64,000 bases of DNA from a candidate division TM6 bacterium GW2011_GWF2_28_16 (GCA_001029715.1 CP011212.1:705066-769065); one strand, 5' to 3'. Shown: positions 1 to 10,444, numbered from the stretch's first letter. Translations and numbers: made by a program. Notes: a model not told the origin generated them from the letters alone.

Positions 1-1909
1 AAATAATACGACGCCAAATTGGGGAAGCTCCAGTGATTCCAGAAGCAACATAACTCATAGCTGTATTGTCGTTGTTACCTACCCAAGTACCAACAATCAC
101 ATCCTGGCTCCAACCGATGGTCCAGTTATCTTTCATACTATTAGTAGTACCAGTCTTAACAGCGATTGGCTTACCAGTGTTGAGTAGAGAATTGGCACCG
201 AAGGCCAAAAGACGGGCGTTATTGTCAGATAAAATATTGTTAATAATGAATGTTTCACCCTCATCGATGATTCTTTGTCCTTCAACTGGATAATGCTCGT
301 AAAGTAAATTACCATCTTGATCTTCGACCTTAAGGATAGAAACTGGCTCAATTTTTAAACCACCATTGGCAAAGGCACTATAAGCAGTCACTAAATCTAT
401 CATTTTTACCTCAGCACCACCAAGAGTGACAGCAAAACCAAAGCGACTGAGGTTTTCTTTAGTTGGCTCAAGAGTTTGTAAACCCATGCTATAAGCTAAA
501 TTCAAGAAATTCTCTAAACCGACAATAGCTAAAGATTTAACTGCAGGAATATTTAAAGAACTGCCTAAAGACTCTCGCAAGCTCACTGGACCTCTAAATT
601 TACCGTCATAATTTTTTGGCACATAAGGCTTTTCAACTTCATTGCGATTAAAAGTCGTTTCCACATCCATTAGCATTGAGGCTGGGTTATAACCTTTTTG
701 AATCATTCCTAAATAAGTGATTGGTTTGATTGAAGACCCTGGTTGACGGAGACCGTCTACCACCACATTAAATTGACCACCAATGTCAGTGTTGAAATAA
801 TCTTTGCTACCAACCATGGAGAGAACTTCTCCAGTTTTAGGATTCATCGCTAAAGCAGCTCCATTACTGATGTTGTATTTATTAACAGATTCAACTTCTT
901 CTGTAACAGCCATTTGTGCCTTTTCTTGCATTGACCAATCCAAAGAAGTGGTGACTTTAAGACCGCCTTTTTCAAGCACTTCTGCGCCAAACATTTCTTC
1001 AAGTTGTGAGCGCACATAAAAAACAAAATGCGGTGCTTTAATTTCGCTCGCAGCTCTTTCAAATTTGAGTGAATCCATTGAAGCAAGCGCGTCCTGATAA
1101 GCAAGCTCTGTAATATAACCATTATCTTTCATGGCAGCTAGAACCGCTTGCGTACGCATTTTCCAATAAGGATTACCGTCGTCGTCCAAAACCCCAGAAT
1201 AAGGAGAATAAACGCTTGGTCGCTGTGGCAAGCCAGCTAGGAAAGCAGATTCTAATAAACCAAGCTCATTAATTGGCTTATTAAAATACATTTCTACGGC
1301 TGTTCCCACACCCCAACCATTTCCACCATATGGCGATTCGTTGAGATACATTGCCAAAATCTCATCTTTAGAAAATTTTCTTTCGATCTGCACTGAAATA
1401 ACAAATTCTTTGAATTTACGAGTAATGGTTTTTTCATTGCTTAAGAAAACATTTTTAACTAACTGTTGAGTAAGAGTAGAACCACCCACCACGCGTCCAC
1501 CTCTAAAAATTAAATTGTATGGAATGCGCACAATAGTTAGAAAATCAAAGCCACCATGTTTATAAAAATCTTTATCCTCAATGGCGACAGTAGCATGCTT
1601 AAGATCGTCTGGAATTTGATCAAAAGTAACTGGGTTGCGACGTTCTTCTTCATAAAGATCATAAAGTAGCTGACCATTGCGATCATAAATCTTGCTACTA
1701 AACCCATCTTTTCTGACCACTTCACCTGGTTTTGGTAATTCACGAGAATACCAAGCAAACATCGCTAAGAAAGCAATAATTCCAAGAATTACTAATCCAA
1801 AAAATCCAAAAGCAAGTAGGCGCAAACGCTTGGCTCTGAGTAATTTCATTTCTTCAGCGGATAACTGACGGCGACTTTTCAGACGACGAGATCTTAATTT
1901 CTTTGGCAT
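1..1909 (-). CDS. Class A penicillin-binding protein (transglycosylase/transpeptidase), 3' end runs off the window
   Basis: Hand translation from ATG at 1909 (MPKKLRSRR...): basic N-terminus, TM helix, glycosyltransferase motifs EDKDFYKHGG and GGSTLTQQLVKN, transpeptidase motifs PGSSIKP (SxxK), SLN and KTG. Not in the ORF track because it is open to the window edge. Confidence 0.93.
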   Translation of the reverse strand, partial: MPKKLRSRRLKSRRQLSAEEMKLLRAKRLRLLAFGFFGLVILGIIAFLAMFAWYSRELPKPGEVVRKDGFSSKIYDRNGQLLYDLYEEERRNPVTFDQIPDDLKHATVAIEDKDFYKHGGFDFLTIVRIPYNLIFRGGRVVGGSTLTQQLVKNVFLSNEKTITRKFKEFVISVQIERKFSKDEILAMYLNESPYGGNGWGVGTAVEMYFNKPINELGLLESAFLAGLPQRPSVYSPYSGVLDDDGNPYWKMRTQAVLAAMKDNGYITELAYQDALASMDSLKFERAASEIKAPHFVFYVRSQLEEMFGAEVLEKGGLKVTTSLDWSMQEKAQMAVTEEVESVNKYNISNGAALAMNPKTGEVLSMVGSKDYFNTDIGGQFNVVVDGLRQPGSSIKPITYLGMIQKGYNPASMLMDVETTFNRNEVEKPYVPKNYDGKFRGPVSLRESLGSSLNIPAVKSLAIVGLENFLNLAYSMGLQTLEPTKENLSRFGFAVTLGGAEVKMIDLVTAYSAFANGGLKIEPVSILKVEDQDGNLLYEHYPVEGQRIIDEGETFIINNILSDNNARLLAFGANSLLNTGKPIAVKTGTTNSMKDNWTIGWSQDVIVGTWVGNNDNTAMSYVASGITGASPIWRRII

Positions 1910-2061
1910 AATTCTATAGATAAGACTATAAGCTTTTCTCTTCAATTGCAAAAAAAATAATTCGATTTTTCTTTTGTTCACAGATCCATTTTAGCAAACA
2001 ATTAGACTTATAGCGAAATAAATTAAAAGAATGCTAAAATAAGATATAAATCAATAAAATT

Positions 2062-3279
2062 ATGCCAGACACAAATCCACAAAAAATCCAAACTGTCTTG
2101 ACTCGCGGAGTCAGTGAAATTCTACCTAATAAAGACGGTCTTAGTAAAATTATGACTGAGAAGAAAATCCGCTTGTATTTGGGAATTGATCCGACCGGAG
2201 CTTTTTTACATTTGGGTCACGCCGTGGGTTTACGCAAATTGCAACAATTTGCAGAACTTGGGCATCAAGTAATTTTATTAGTGGGCAATGGCACCGTTAA
2301 AATTGGCGATCCGACTGGTCGAGATGAAAGTCGCCCAATGTTAGATGACGCTACTATTGAGGAAAATTTCCAAGAATGGAAAAAACAAGCTAGCAAAATT
2401 TTAGATTTTGATCTCATTGAAATCCGCCACAACGGCGACTGGTTAGATAAACTTAATTATGCTGACATGGTCAAATTAATGGCCAAAACCACCGTCCAAC
2501 AACTCATTGAAAGAGACATGTTCCAAAAAAGACTCAATGATGGTTTTCCAATTTTTGGTCATGAAATTATCTATCCACTTTTGCAAGGTTATGATTCTGT
2601 GGTGATGGATGTTGATTTAGAAATTGGTGGCACTGATCAAACTTTTAACATGATGATGGGTAGACACCTGCAACAACAATATAATGGCCATGAGAAATGG
2701 GTTCTGACCACTCCTTTGATCGAGGGCACCGATGGTCGTAAAATGAGCAAAAGTTTCAATAACTACGTTGCTTTAACCGATGAGCCAAGAGAAATGTACG
2801 GCAAACTGATGAGCATTAAAGATGAATTGATTATTAAATATTTTGAAGTTTTGACAGATGTAGACTCAGTGAAAATTTCTGAGATGGCAACTGCCATGCA
2901 AAATGGTAGCAATCCAATGGAATTCAAGAAAAAATTAGCTCTCATTATTACTAAAGATCTTCATGATGAAGTCGTTGCCAATGACGCAGCAAATTTTTTC
3001 GCCAAAACAGTCCAAAACGATGAAATGCCGGAAGAAAGTAATTTTGGCAGTATTACTATTAAAAATATTAAAAAAGCCAATGGCGAAAATGCCAAAAGCA
3101 TTGAAGCTAAACCAGAATTAAGTTCGACCGAATTGGGTCGCCGCATTGAACAAGGTGCCGTCAAAATTTTACCCAGCATGCAAAAAATTGAAAGTAGAGA
3201 AGAGTTTCTTAATTTACCAAAAGGCACTAAATTGAAATTAGGTAAACGCGATTGGTATAAGATAGAAACTACAGACTAA
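2062..3279 (+). CDS. tyrS: Tyrosine--tRNA ligase
   Basis: YLGIDPTG, HLGH (HIGH), IGDPTGR, YPLLQGYD, GGTDQ and KMSKS motifs. Confidence 0.96.
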   Translation: MPDTNPQKIQTVLTRGVSEILPNKDGLSKIMTEKKIRLYLGIDPTGAFLHLGHAVGLRKLQQFAELGHQVILLVGNGTVKIGDPTGRDESRPMLDDATIEENFQEWKKQASKILDFDLIEIRHNGDWLDKLNYADMVKLMAKTTVQQLIERDMFQKRLNDGFPIFGHEIIYPLLQGYDSVVMDVDLEIGGTDQTFNMMMGRHLQQQYNGHEKWVLTTPLIEGTDGRKMSKSFNNYVALTDEPREMYGKLMSIKDELIIKYFEVLTDVDSVKISEMATAMQNGSNPMEFKKKLALIITKDLHDEVVANDAANFFAKTVQNDEMPEESNFGSITIKNIKKANGENAKSIEAKPELSSTELGRRIEQGAVKILPSMQKIESREEFLNLPKGTKLKLGKRDWYKIETTD

Positions 3280-3282
3280 AAT

Positions 3283-3390
3283 ATGACTAGAAAACAAAGA
3301 GATAGATTTGTAAAATTTTTTGCCATTTTAGCAATTGTGGCAATGCTTCTCGGTGGTATCGCTAGCTCTTTAGTTTTGTTTTTATCTTAA
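3283..3390 (+). CDS. 35-aa single-TM membrane peptide (DUF4044/Prli42-like)
   Basis: MTRKQRDRFVKFFAILAIVAMLLGGIASSLVLFLS; fills the tyrS-recG gap exactly (3 nt and 6 nt spacers). Confidence 0.7.
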   Translation: MTRKQRDRFVKFFAILAIVAMLLGGIASSLVLFLS

Positions 3391-3396
3391 ATAAGT

Positions 3397-5466
3397 ATGT
3401 ACCAACTCCAAGACTCAGTTCTAGTTGTCAAAGGCATTGGCAAAAATTTACAAGACAGCTTGGCTTCACAAAATATTGAACAAATTTTAGATTTATTGCT
3501 TTACCTACCGCTTCGTTACGAAGATCGCTCCTCAATTAAAACTATCCAAGAAATCAAGGGTCTCAGCCAAGAAGAAACTAAAATTGTCAAAAGTGATGAA
3601 AACCAAAAAGTTAACACTAACTTTGTGACCACTAAAGCCAAAGTTCTTAAATGGAATGAATATCGCAAGGGCAGGCTCTTGATTAGTCGTGCCACGATCA
3701 TCGATGAAACCGATCAATTAAACTGTATTTGGTTTAATAATAAATTTCTTAAAAATAAACTCATCGTTGGTCAAGAATTTTTTTTCTCTGGCAATCTCAA
3801 AGATGGCTCTTTAATGCAGGCTACTGTAGAAAAAGTTGCTGATGATGCAGAAAATATCCACACCGGTCGCTTAGTGCCAATTTATTCGCAACTAGCTGGT
3901 CTCAAACAGGGCAGCTTGAGACGTGTTTTGGCAGAAGCAATTGGTAAATTACATCAGAGTGGCGATTTGGAACAAGTTTTTCGAGACCTACATTTTCCAT
4001 CAGATATAGATCGAATTATTTTAGCCAGAGAAAGACTAGCTCTCGAGGAAATCCTGTATCTGATGCAGATTTCTGCTGAACACAAAAGAGAACATCAAAA
4101 AAAGAACGCCATTTTTTCTTTAGCAGAAACTCAAGAAACTCAAAATTTAGAACTACCTTTTGAACTAACCACCTCACAAGAAAAAGCCATTAAAGAAATT
4201 TTCGCTGATTTACACAAGTCAGCTCCCATGAATCGCCTACTCGTCGGTGACGTTGGTAGTGGTAAAACTATCGTCGCCGCCATTCCCGCCAACGCCCTAG
4301 TCAAAAATGGCCAAAATGTCTGTCTCATTGTGCCTACCAAAATTCTGGCTAAACAACACTACAACAATCTAAAAGCTATTTTTAAAGATATTAATTTTGC
4401 TTTGCTTAGTTCTGACAGTAAACTTGATCAAGCTGCAACAGAGCAGAGCACTTTTTATATTGGCACCCATTCATTGCTTAAACAATTAGAAAAAATTAAA
4501 CCAAGTCTGGTTATTTATGACGAACAACAACGTTTTGGCGTCAAACATCGCCAATTAGAAGAATATTTAGATCAACAAAAAAAACAGCCACACTTACTTA
4601 GCATGACCGCTACACCAATTCCTAGAAGTTTGATGTTGAGTATTTTCAGCCATCTGGATTTGAGCTATTTAGATCAAATGCCTAACTCCAGAAAAATGGC
4701 AACGACTTGGCTTATTCCAAAAGCCAAAGAGCTAAAAGCTCTCGAATGGCTAGTCAAAGAACTGCTTGTCGAAGGTGATCGCAAGAAGCAGGCTATTATT
4801 ATTTGCCCATTTATCAATCCATCTTCTTATGGGGCTACTGAAAATGTCGCCGCCGTCAAAGAAAGTCTAGAATTCATCAAAAAAGAACTAAAAAAAATCT
4901 ACCAAAAATTAGATATTGATGACAAAAAACAGCTCAAAATCGCAGCCTTACACTCCAAACTTGATAAAAAAAAGCAGATTAAAATTATTGAAGATGTTTA
5001 CGCAGAAAAAATTCAAATTTTAGTCAGCACACCAATGGTCGAAGTCGGCGTTGATTTACCCAATGCAGACATTATTATCATCCAATCCGCAGAACGCTTT
5101 GGGCTTTCTAGTTTGCATCAACTTCGCGGTAGAGTTGGCAGACAGGGACAAGAAAGCTACTGTCTTTTATTTAGTTCTGCTAATACTAAGCAAGATCAAA
5201 CTAGCCAAGAGCGTTTACAAAAATTTTGTAAGGAAAAAGATGGTTTGAAATTAGCACAGATTGATTTAGAAAATAGGGGAGCGGGCGATATTCTTGGCTA
5301 CAAACAGAGTGGTTTGAACAATTTACATTTCGCTTCTTGGACTAATAGCGAAATTATCAAAAAAGCCCAAGAAAAATTCAAAGAAAATCCAAACCAAGAA
5401 TCTTTTTTGAAAGCCTATCTGGAAAAGATTAACACAAGCGGAAATATTGAAACTGCTACCAACTAA
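3397..5466 (+). CDS. recG: ATP-dependent DNA helicase RecG
   Basis: YLPLRYED, wedge region, MNRLLVGDVGSGKT, DEQQRFGV, MTATPIPRSL, LHQLRGRVGR, RGAGDILG. Confidence 0.95.
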   Translation: MYQLQDSVLVVKGIGKNLQDSLASQNIEQILDLLLYLPLRYEDRSSIKTIQEIKGLSQEETKIVKSDENQKVNTNFVTTKAKVLKWNEYRKGRLLISRATIIDETDQLNCIWFNNKFLKNKLIVGQEFFFSGNLKDGSLMQATVEKVADDAENIHTGRLVPIYSQLAGLKQGSLRRVLAEAIGKLHQSGDLEQVFRDLHFPSDIDRIILARERLALEEILYLMQISAEHKREHQKKNAIFSLAETQETQNLELPFELTTSQEKAIKEIFADLHKSAPMNRLLVGDVGSGKTIVAAIPANALVKNGQNVCLIVPTKILAKQHYNNLKAIFKDINFALLSSDSKLDQAATEQSTFYIGTHSLLKQLEKIKPSLVIYDEQQRFGVKHRQLEEYLDQQKKQPHLLSMTATPIPRSLMLSIFSHLDLSYLDQMPNSRKMATTWLIPKAKELKALEWLVKELLVEGDRKKQAIIICPFINPSSYGATENVAAVKESLEFIKKELKKIYQKLDIDDKKQLKIAALHSKLDKKKQIKIIEDVYAEKIQILVSTPMVEVGVDLPNADIIIIQSAERFGLSSLHQLRGRVGRQGQESYCLLFSSANTKQDQTSQERLQKFCKEKDGLKLAQIDLENRGAGDILGYKQSGLNNLHFASWTNSEIIKKAQEKFKENPNQESFLKAYLEKINTSGNIETATN

Positions 5467-5507
5467 AACTTGCTTGCAACTCATAAACTCTGCTATCATT
5501 AATAAGC

Positions 5508-6311
5508 ATGCAAAAAACTCTTTTTTCCAACCGGAATTCCGGACAATCTGGTCAAATTGGCGTAATTGTTTTATTACTCTCTGCCGTAGTTCTAGTCATT
5601 GGTCTCTCTATTGCCAATCGCACTATTAAAGAAAGTCAAAGCACTATCGCTCAAGAAAATAGCGCTAGAGTTTTTAGTACCGCTGAGTCAGGTGTTCAGC
5701 AGGCTTTAAACAACATTTTTCAATTTGAAAGTGATCAAAATGCAACTCTGACAGATGAATTTTCTTTTGAAGATGCTAATCTAAACCAAATTAGTATTAG
5801 CACAGATGAGAAGTTCGAGGGTTTCATCGCAGAGAAAAACACTTTAGAAATTAAGATTATCGAAGGACAAACTGGCACCATTAATCTTGATTGGTCAAAA
5901 AGTACTTGTGATCAGGGGGCTGCTAATTTATTGATTGGACATTATTTCCTCAATGCTGGCAGTTATGATGTCAACTACTACATGATTGGTAACTGTCCAA
6001 GCTACATCGACCAGAACCTAATTGGTGCAAATTCATCTTCCCTCGATCTTTATCAATTTCAATATAATTTAGATATCACGGCAAGTAATAATCAATCAGC
6101 TTTCCTTAGAATCTTTCCATTAGCCAGAGGCACTGATATTAGTGTCGGCTCCACTACTGGCTTAATTTCCAATGCTCAGTACACCATTCTCTCTCTAGCT
6201 CAAATGCCAGATGGTTCAAGTGCTAAAGCAATTGAGGTTAAAAGATCTGTTCCAAGTGCTCCTGCTTTTATGGATTTTGCCATTGTTAGCGGAGGAAACT
6301 TAGAAAAATAA
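5508..6311 (+). CDS. PilX-like minor pilin/assembly protein
   Basis: SGQ + hydrophobic helix + AESG motif typical of the PilX N-terminus; directly upstream of pilM. Confidence 0.7.
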   Translation: MQKTLFSNRNSGQSGQIGVIVLLLSAVVLVIGLSIANRTIKESQSTIAQENSARVFSTAESGVQQALNNIFQFESDQNATLTDEFSFEDANLNQISISTDEKFEGFIAEKNTLEIKIIEGQTGTINLDWSKSTCDQGAANLLIGHYFLNAGSYDVNYYMIGNCPSYIDQNLIGANSSSLDLYQFQYNLDITASNNQSAFLRIFPLARGTDISVGSTTGLISNAQYTILSLAQMPDGSSAKAIEVKRSVPSAPAFMDFAIVSGGNLEK

Positions 6312-6316
6312 TTAAT

Positions 6317-7324
6317 ATGTCAATCACTGCCCTTGATATCGGGACTCATTCGATCAAAATCGTCATTGCTAAAGATAGTAAAAACCAAACTATCCAAAAA
6401 GCAATTGAAGTTCCAAACAAATTAGGCATGGTTTCACCAAAAAATGATCAAGAAATTTTACAGTTTTCAGAAATGGTAAATAATCTTTTTCATGATTACA
6501 AACTAGACCAAAATGATGTTCGCTTGAGTCTGCCGGAGTACTTAGTCAACACTAAAGTGATTGAAATTCCTTTTTTAAACGATGCAGAATTAGCTTCTGC
6601 TATTGGTTGGCAAGCAGAACAAGCCATTCCAATTCCTAAAAACGATCTAACTCTTCAATATCAGGTTCTACAAAAACCAGAAAAGAAAACAGCCAATGCT
6701 ACCATGAAGGTTTTGCTGGTTGGCTCTTATAAGTCTTTGGTTGAAAAAATTAACAATGTTTTCCTCAATATTGGCATTGAAGCAACACTGATGGAAACCC
6801 AAGTTTTTTCCGTGATTCGTTCTTTAGATATTGATGGAAATGATCCAGAAACAATTGTTTTACATATGGGTGCCAGTGGGAATGACATTGCTGTCATCAA
6901 TGGAGGCATGTTTGAGTTTGTTTTTAATTCCAAAACTGGTAGCACCCTTATTGACGCTGCCATCGCTCAAAGTTTTAATTTAGATAATAAACAAGCTCAG
7001 GAATATAAAATTAACTATGGCCTAGATCAAACTCAGATGGAAGGCAAACTTTTCCAAATTATCTCTCCAATCGTTGACAACTTAATTATTGATTTGCAAA
7101 AAACCATTCGTTTTTTCACTCAAAATCATCCTGAACAAAAAATTAAAAGAGTAGTTCTATTAGGTGGTCCAGCTCAGATGAAGGGCTTGGTTGAAAGAAT
7201 CAGTAAAGCGTTAAATTTGGAAGTCATGCAAGCCGCTCCTTTTGCCAAAGCTAAGGGGCAAATCCCAGAAACTAACCAGCTGAGCTTTAGTGTCTGTATG
7301 GGTCTAATTGCCAGAAAACTATAA
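6317..7324 (+). CDS. pilM: Type IV pilus assembly protein PilM
   Basis: Actin-like ALDIGTHSIK start, LLGGPA motif, MGLIAR end; followed by PilN/PilO-like genes. Confidence 0.9.
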   Translation: MSITALDIGTHSIKIVIAKDSKNQTIQKAIEVPNKLGMVSPKNDQEILQFSEMVNNLFHDYKLDQNDVRLSLPEYLVNTKVIEIPFLNDAELASAIGWQAEQAIPIPKNDLTLQYQVLQKPEKKTANATMKVLLVGSYKSLVEKINNVFLNIGIEATLMETQVFSVIRSLDIDGNDPETIVLHMGASGNDIAVINGGMFEFVFNSKTGSTLIDAAIAQSFNLDNKQAQEYKINYGLDQTQMEGKLFQIISPIVDNLIIDLQKTIRFFTQNHPEQKIKRVVLLGGPAQMKGLVERISKALNLEVMQAAPFAKAKGQIPETNQLSFSVCMGLIARKL

Positions 7325-7332
7325 AAGAGCTA

Positions 7333-7881
7333 ATGATCAATATCAATTTCTTAACCAATCGAGTTAATCAAAAAGGCAAACAAAAAGAAAAAGATGTGAA
7401 GATTTTTCGCATTAGTACTTATGTTTTAATTTCTTTGATTGTTTTGATGGTGGCTGTTTTTGCTTTTAAACTTTGGAATAATTTACAAATTAGCAACACT
7501 GATAAAAAAATCAAAGAATACAAAGCTAGTATTTTAGGTCAAGAAACAACTGAAATTGGTTACTTAATTTTTGTTAATAAAATTAAAGTTATTAGTGAAA
7601 TTTATAAAAAACGTAGTAATAAACAAGAAGCAATGAATTACTTTGCAGATGTTTTTGGTGATAAAGCAGAAATTGCCGGCATGAGCTATCAGGAAGATCA
7701 GGGCGGATTAATCTTACAAATAGACAGTAGCAATGTTTTTGATTTGCAAGACGTTAATAATACCTTAGATTCTCAAGCATTGCGCCAAGAATATGAAAAA
7801 CTAGAAAAAAGCGTTTTGACCCGCACCGATACTGGCAACTATAAACTAACTCTTAAATTGGAACTGAAAACGAATGATTGA
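7333..7881 (+). CDS. pilN: PilN-like protein
   Basis: ININFL PilM-binding-like motif, TM helix, coiled coil; synteny. Confidence 0.7.
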   Translation: MININFLTNRVNQKGKQKEKDVKIFRISTYVLISLIVLMVAVFAFKLWNNLQISNTDKKIKEYKASILGQETTEIGYLIFVNKIKVISEIYKKRSNKQEAMNYFADVFGDKAEIAGMSYQEDQGGLILQIDSSNVFDLQDVNNTLDSQALRQEYEKLEKSVLTRTDTGNYKLTLKLELKTND

Positions 7882-8713
7882 AAAAAAAGGCGAATTTAAC
7901 TACAAGCTTTTTTGGAATACTCGCAAAGAACTAGTTCTAGCAATTCTATTTTTTGTAATTAGTGCAATGATACTTTTTATTGGTATTATTAGTCAGATAG
8001 CTCCAATAAGAGCTGACCTTGACCAACTTAAGTCGCATCAAGCTGAGCTAGATAAATTTGCTGAAAAATCCGCTCAACTTCAACAATTAGCCGCCGATCC
8101 AAATTCTAATCAATTTTCAGCTATTGATGAAGTTCTGCCGTCTCACAAGCCACTCTTGGAAATCCTTAGTAACCTTAATGCTGTCGCCAATAATTCTGAA
8201 GTTATCATTAAAAATTTTAGCCTCAATCCTGGAGAAATTGCTACTGATACCACCAAAGTTAAAAAGAGTAGTTCTGATCAAAAATATGACTATCTAGACT
8301 TAGATTTTAGCGTCAGCGGAGCACTCTGGAAAATTCAAAACTTCATTAACTTAATTGAACAAGTAACCCCAATTAGCACTATCACTAATATTTCAATCAG
8401 TCGTAACATCGATGAAGATAAGAATGCTCAAGCTCAAGCAGATCTCGTTCTGCGCACTTTTTACTTTACTCAACCAATTAAAACCACAATTACCAGTCCG
8501 TTGCCAGTAATCGCTGCTTCTGAAAGAAAAATCATTAGTAGCATTAACGAGCTAAGTCCAAATAATTTAGAAAAACAGGAAAATGTCATCAGTGGAGATA
8601 GAGGTAACTTGTTTGGAATACAGAATAAAACCGTTGAAGAGCTAGAACAAGAATTGATACAAGCCACAGAATCAGCAAATACAGCAACTGAATCGGTACA
8701 AACTGAGCAATAG
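7874..8713 (+). CDS. pilO: PilO-like protein
   Basis: TM, coiled coil and ferredoxin-like region (FSVSG...IQNFINLIE); overlaps the pilN stop. Confidence 0.7.
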   Translation: MIEKKGEFNYKLFWNTRKELVLAILFFVISAMILFIGIISQIAPIRADLDQLKSHQAELDKFAEKSAQLQQLAADPNSNQFSAIDEVLPSHKPLLEILSNLNAVANNSEVIIKNFSLNPGEIATDTTKVKKSSSDQKYDYLDLDFSVSGALWKIQNFINLIEQVTPISTITNISISRNIDEDKNAQAQADLVLRTFYFTQPIKTTITSPLPVIAASERKIISSINELSPNNLEKQENVISGDRGNLFGIQNKTVEELEQELIQATESANTATESVQTEQ

Positions 8714-8717
8714 AAAA

Positions 8718-8951
8718 TTATTCTTCTTGTAAAACTACACGCACGCGCAAATGATCTTTGACGGCTCTAACTTGAGCTAATTTGCGAATGGCTTTAATGA
8801 CATTACCACCACGACCAATCACGCGACCAATATCATCAGGGTGTAATTTAAGTTTATAAACCATCAAACCCATTTCTTCAACTTCGGTGATTTCCAGATC
8901 TTCTGGATGGTCCACCATGCGTAATAAAATGAATTCGAGTAAACTTTTCAT
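8718..8951 (-). CDS. khpA: KH-domain RNA-binding protein (KhpA/YlqC family)
   Basis: DDIGRVIGRGGNVIKAIR GxxG KH motif, downstream of rpsP. Confidence 0.88.
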   Translation of the reverse strand: MKSLLEFILLRMVDHPEDLEITEVEEMGLMVYKLKLHPDDIGRVIGRGGNVIKAIRKLAQVRAVKDHLRVRVVLQEE

Positions 8952-8959
8952 ATTTAATC

Positions 8960-9388
8960 TTAAGCTTCGGTAGCTTCTTCTACTTTTACTTCTTCAGTTT
9001 CAGCTGGAACTTCGACTTCAGCAACTGCTTCGGCGACTGGCTCGACTACTTCGACTGGTGCTTCTACTTTTGGAGCTTCGGCTTCTTTTTTAGCAGCTTC
9101 TGCTTTAGCCTTGGCCTTTTTGGAAGGACCGGTTTTCTTAACTGGGAAAGGATCTCCAGACTTAAAACGTTTAAAAAGTGAAGCGACAGTGTCAGTTGGC
9201 TGAGCGCCTTTTTTGACCCATTCTTCGAAGGCTTTAACATCAATTTCTAATTTCTTAGGAGCCACTGGACTATAATGACCAAGGAGAGCAGTATATTTAC
9301 CATCTCTTTTGTCACGAGCCTCATTAACCACTATACGATAGTGGGGTTGATGTTTTTTACCGAATCTAGCAAGTTTGATTTTTAACAT
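8960..9388 (-). CDS. rpsP: 30S ribosomal protein S16 with K/A then E/V/A-rich C-terminal tail
   Basis: MLKIKLARFGKKHQPHYRIVV, RDGK, GAQPTDTV. Confidence 0.96.
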   Translation of the reverse strand: MLKIKLARFGKKHQPHYRIVVNEARDKRDGKYTALLGHYSPVAPKKLEIDVKAFEEWVKKGAQPTDTVASLFKRFKSGDPFPVKKTGPSKKAKAKAEAAKKEAEAPKVEAPVEVVEPVAEAVAEVEVPAETEEVKVEEATEA

Positions 9389-9421
9389 AGAGATGAATTT
9401 TACCCTTAAATGCGAAATTTC

Positions 9422-10087
9422 TCAAGTGATCTTTTTAAGTGCGTCTGTGGCAGCAGCCTGCTGGGCAAGCTGTTTACTGTGCCCAATTCCTACTCCCCAA
9501 ATTTCGTCACCAACTAGAACTTCAATAGTGAATTCCTTATTATGATCAGGACCAATCGCTTTGACTACTCGATAAACTGGAGTACTGAGTGAACGAGCCT
9601 GAACTTCTTCCTGCAATAAGCTCTTTTGATCTTTATAACTTTTACTTTTTAAAATATCGCTAAATTTGGTAAAAAGATGCTCAGCTAGAAAAGCTTGCAC
9701 TGCAACGAAACCTTGGTCAAAATACATTGCTCCAATCACTGCCTCCATCAAATCAGCCAATAAACTTTCATTATCTCGGCCTCCACTTCTTTCTTCACCT
9801 TTACTTAAAAACATTTGTTTGTCTAATTCGAGCTCTTTAGCTAGGATCGCTAAAGTTTCTGTACGAACCAAAGCGCTACGATAAGCGGTTAATTTACCCT
9901 CATCTTCATCTGGTCTTTTGTCATAAAGATATAGCGTAGCTGCCAACTCCAAAACAGCATCGCCAAGAAATTCTAGGCGTTCGTTGGATTCTTCAGCAGT
10001 CGTGCCTGACTGTTTTTTTTCATTAAGAGAACTACGATGGGAGAGAGCAGTGATTAAAAGCTGGGGGTTTTTGAAATCTAAATTCAT
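9422..10087 (-). CDS. rnc: Ribonuclease III
   Basis: NERLEFLGDAVL signature plus dsRBD (GPDHNKEF). Confidence 0.97.
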   Translation of the reverse strand: MNLDFKNPQLLITALSHRSSLNEKKQSGTTAEESNERLEFLGDAVLELAATLYLYDKRPDEDEGKLTAYRSALVRTETLAILAKELELDKQMFLSKGEERSGGRDNESLLADLMEAVIGAMYFDQGFVAVQAFLAEHLFTKFSDILKSKSYKDQKSLLQEEVQARSLSTPVYRVVKAIGPDHNKEFTIEVLVGDEIWGVGIGHSKQLAQQAAATDALKKIT

Positions 10088-10088
10088 C

Positions 10089-10367
10089 CTAACCTAACTC
10101 ATATTCATCATAAACCAATTTGGCTAGTTCAGCTATAGTGGCGTGAGCCTCCTCGGTCAATTCTTTGTAAACGGCTTTTTCACTTAATTCAATTTCAAAT
10201 TCTTTATTAATCTGGTCGACTAAACGAGCAATATCAACATCTAAATCTAAACCCAGATCTTCCTCAAGGTCAGCATCAGGAATTACTTCCTCGATGTCAT
10301 TACCAGTAAGATCAGTGATCAGTTGGCGTAATCTGTTAAAAATTTCTGGATCAATTTTGTTCATCAT
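10089..10367 (-). CDS. Acyl carrier protein-like, lacking the conserved Ser
   Basis: Acidic 92 aa with ACP pattern DADLEEDLGLD..., INKEFEIEL, TIAEL; sits next to rnc like acpP. Confidence 0.75.
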   Translation of the reverse strand: MMNKIDPEIFNRLRQLITDLTGNDIEEVIPDADLEEDLGLDLDVDIARLVDQINKEFEIELSEKAVYKELTEEAHATIAELAKLVYDEYELG

Positions 10368-10444
10368 CGTCGCGAACTAATTTTTACTCTCCAAGATTTC
10401 TTGAGCGAAATCATTCGCTCAGGCAATCTAATGCTTCGTAAAAA

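Noticed and set aside
66-1758. Short ORFs listed at the left edge
   Set aside because: Shadow frames of the PBP1A gene, which runs off the window
1910-2061. T-box or Tyr leader before tyrS
   Set aside because: Short AT-rich divergent promoter region with no T-box motif, terminator or Tyr-rich uORF
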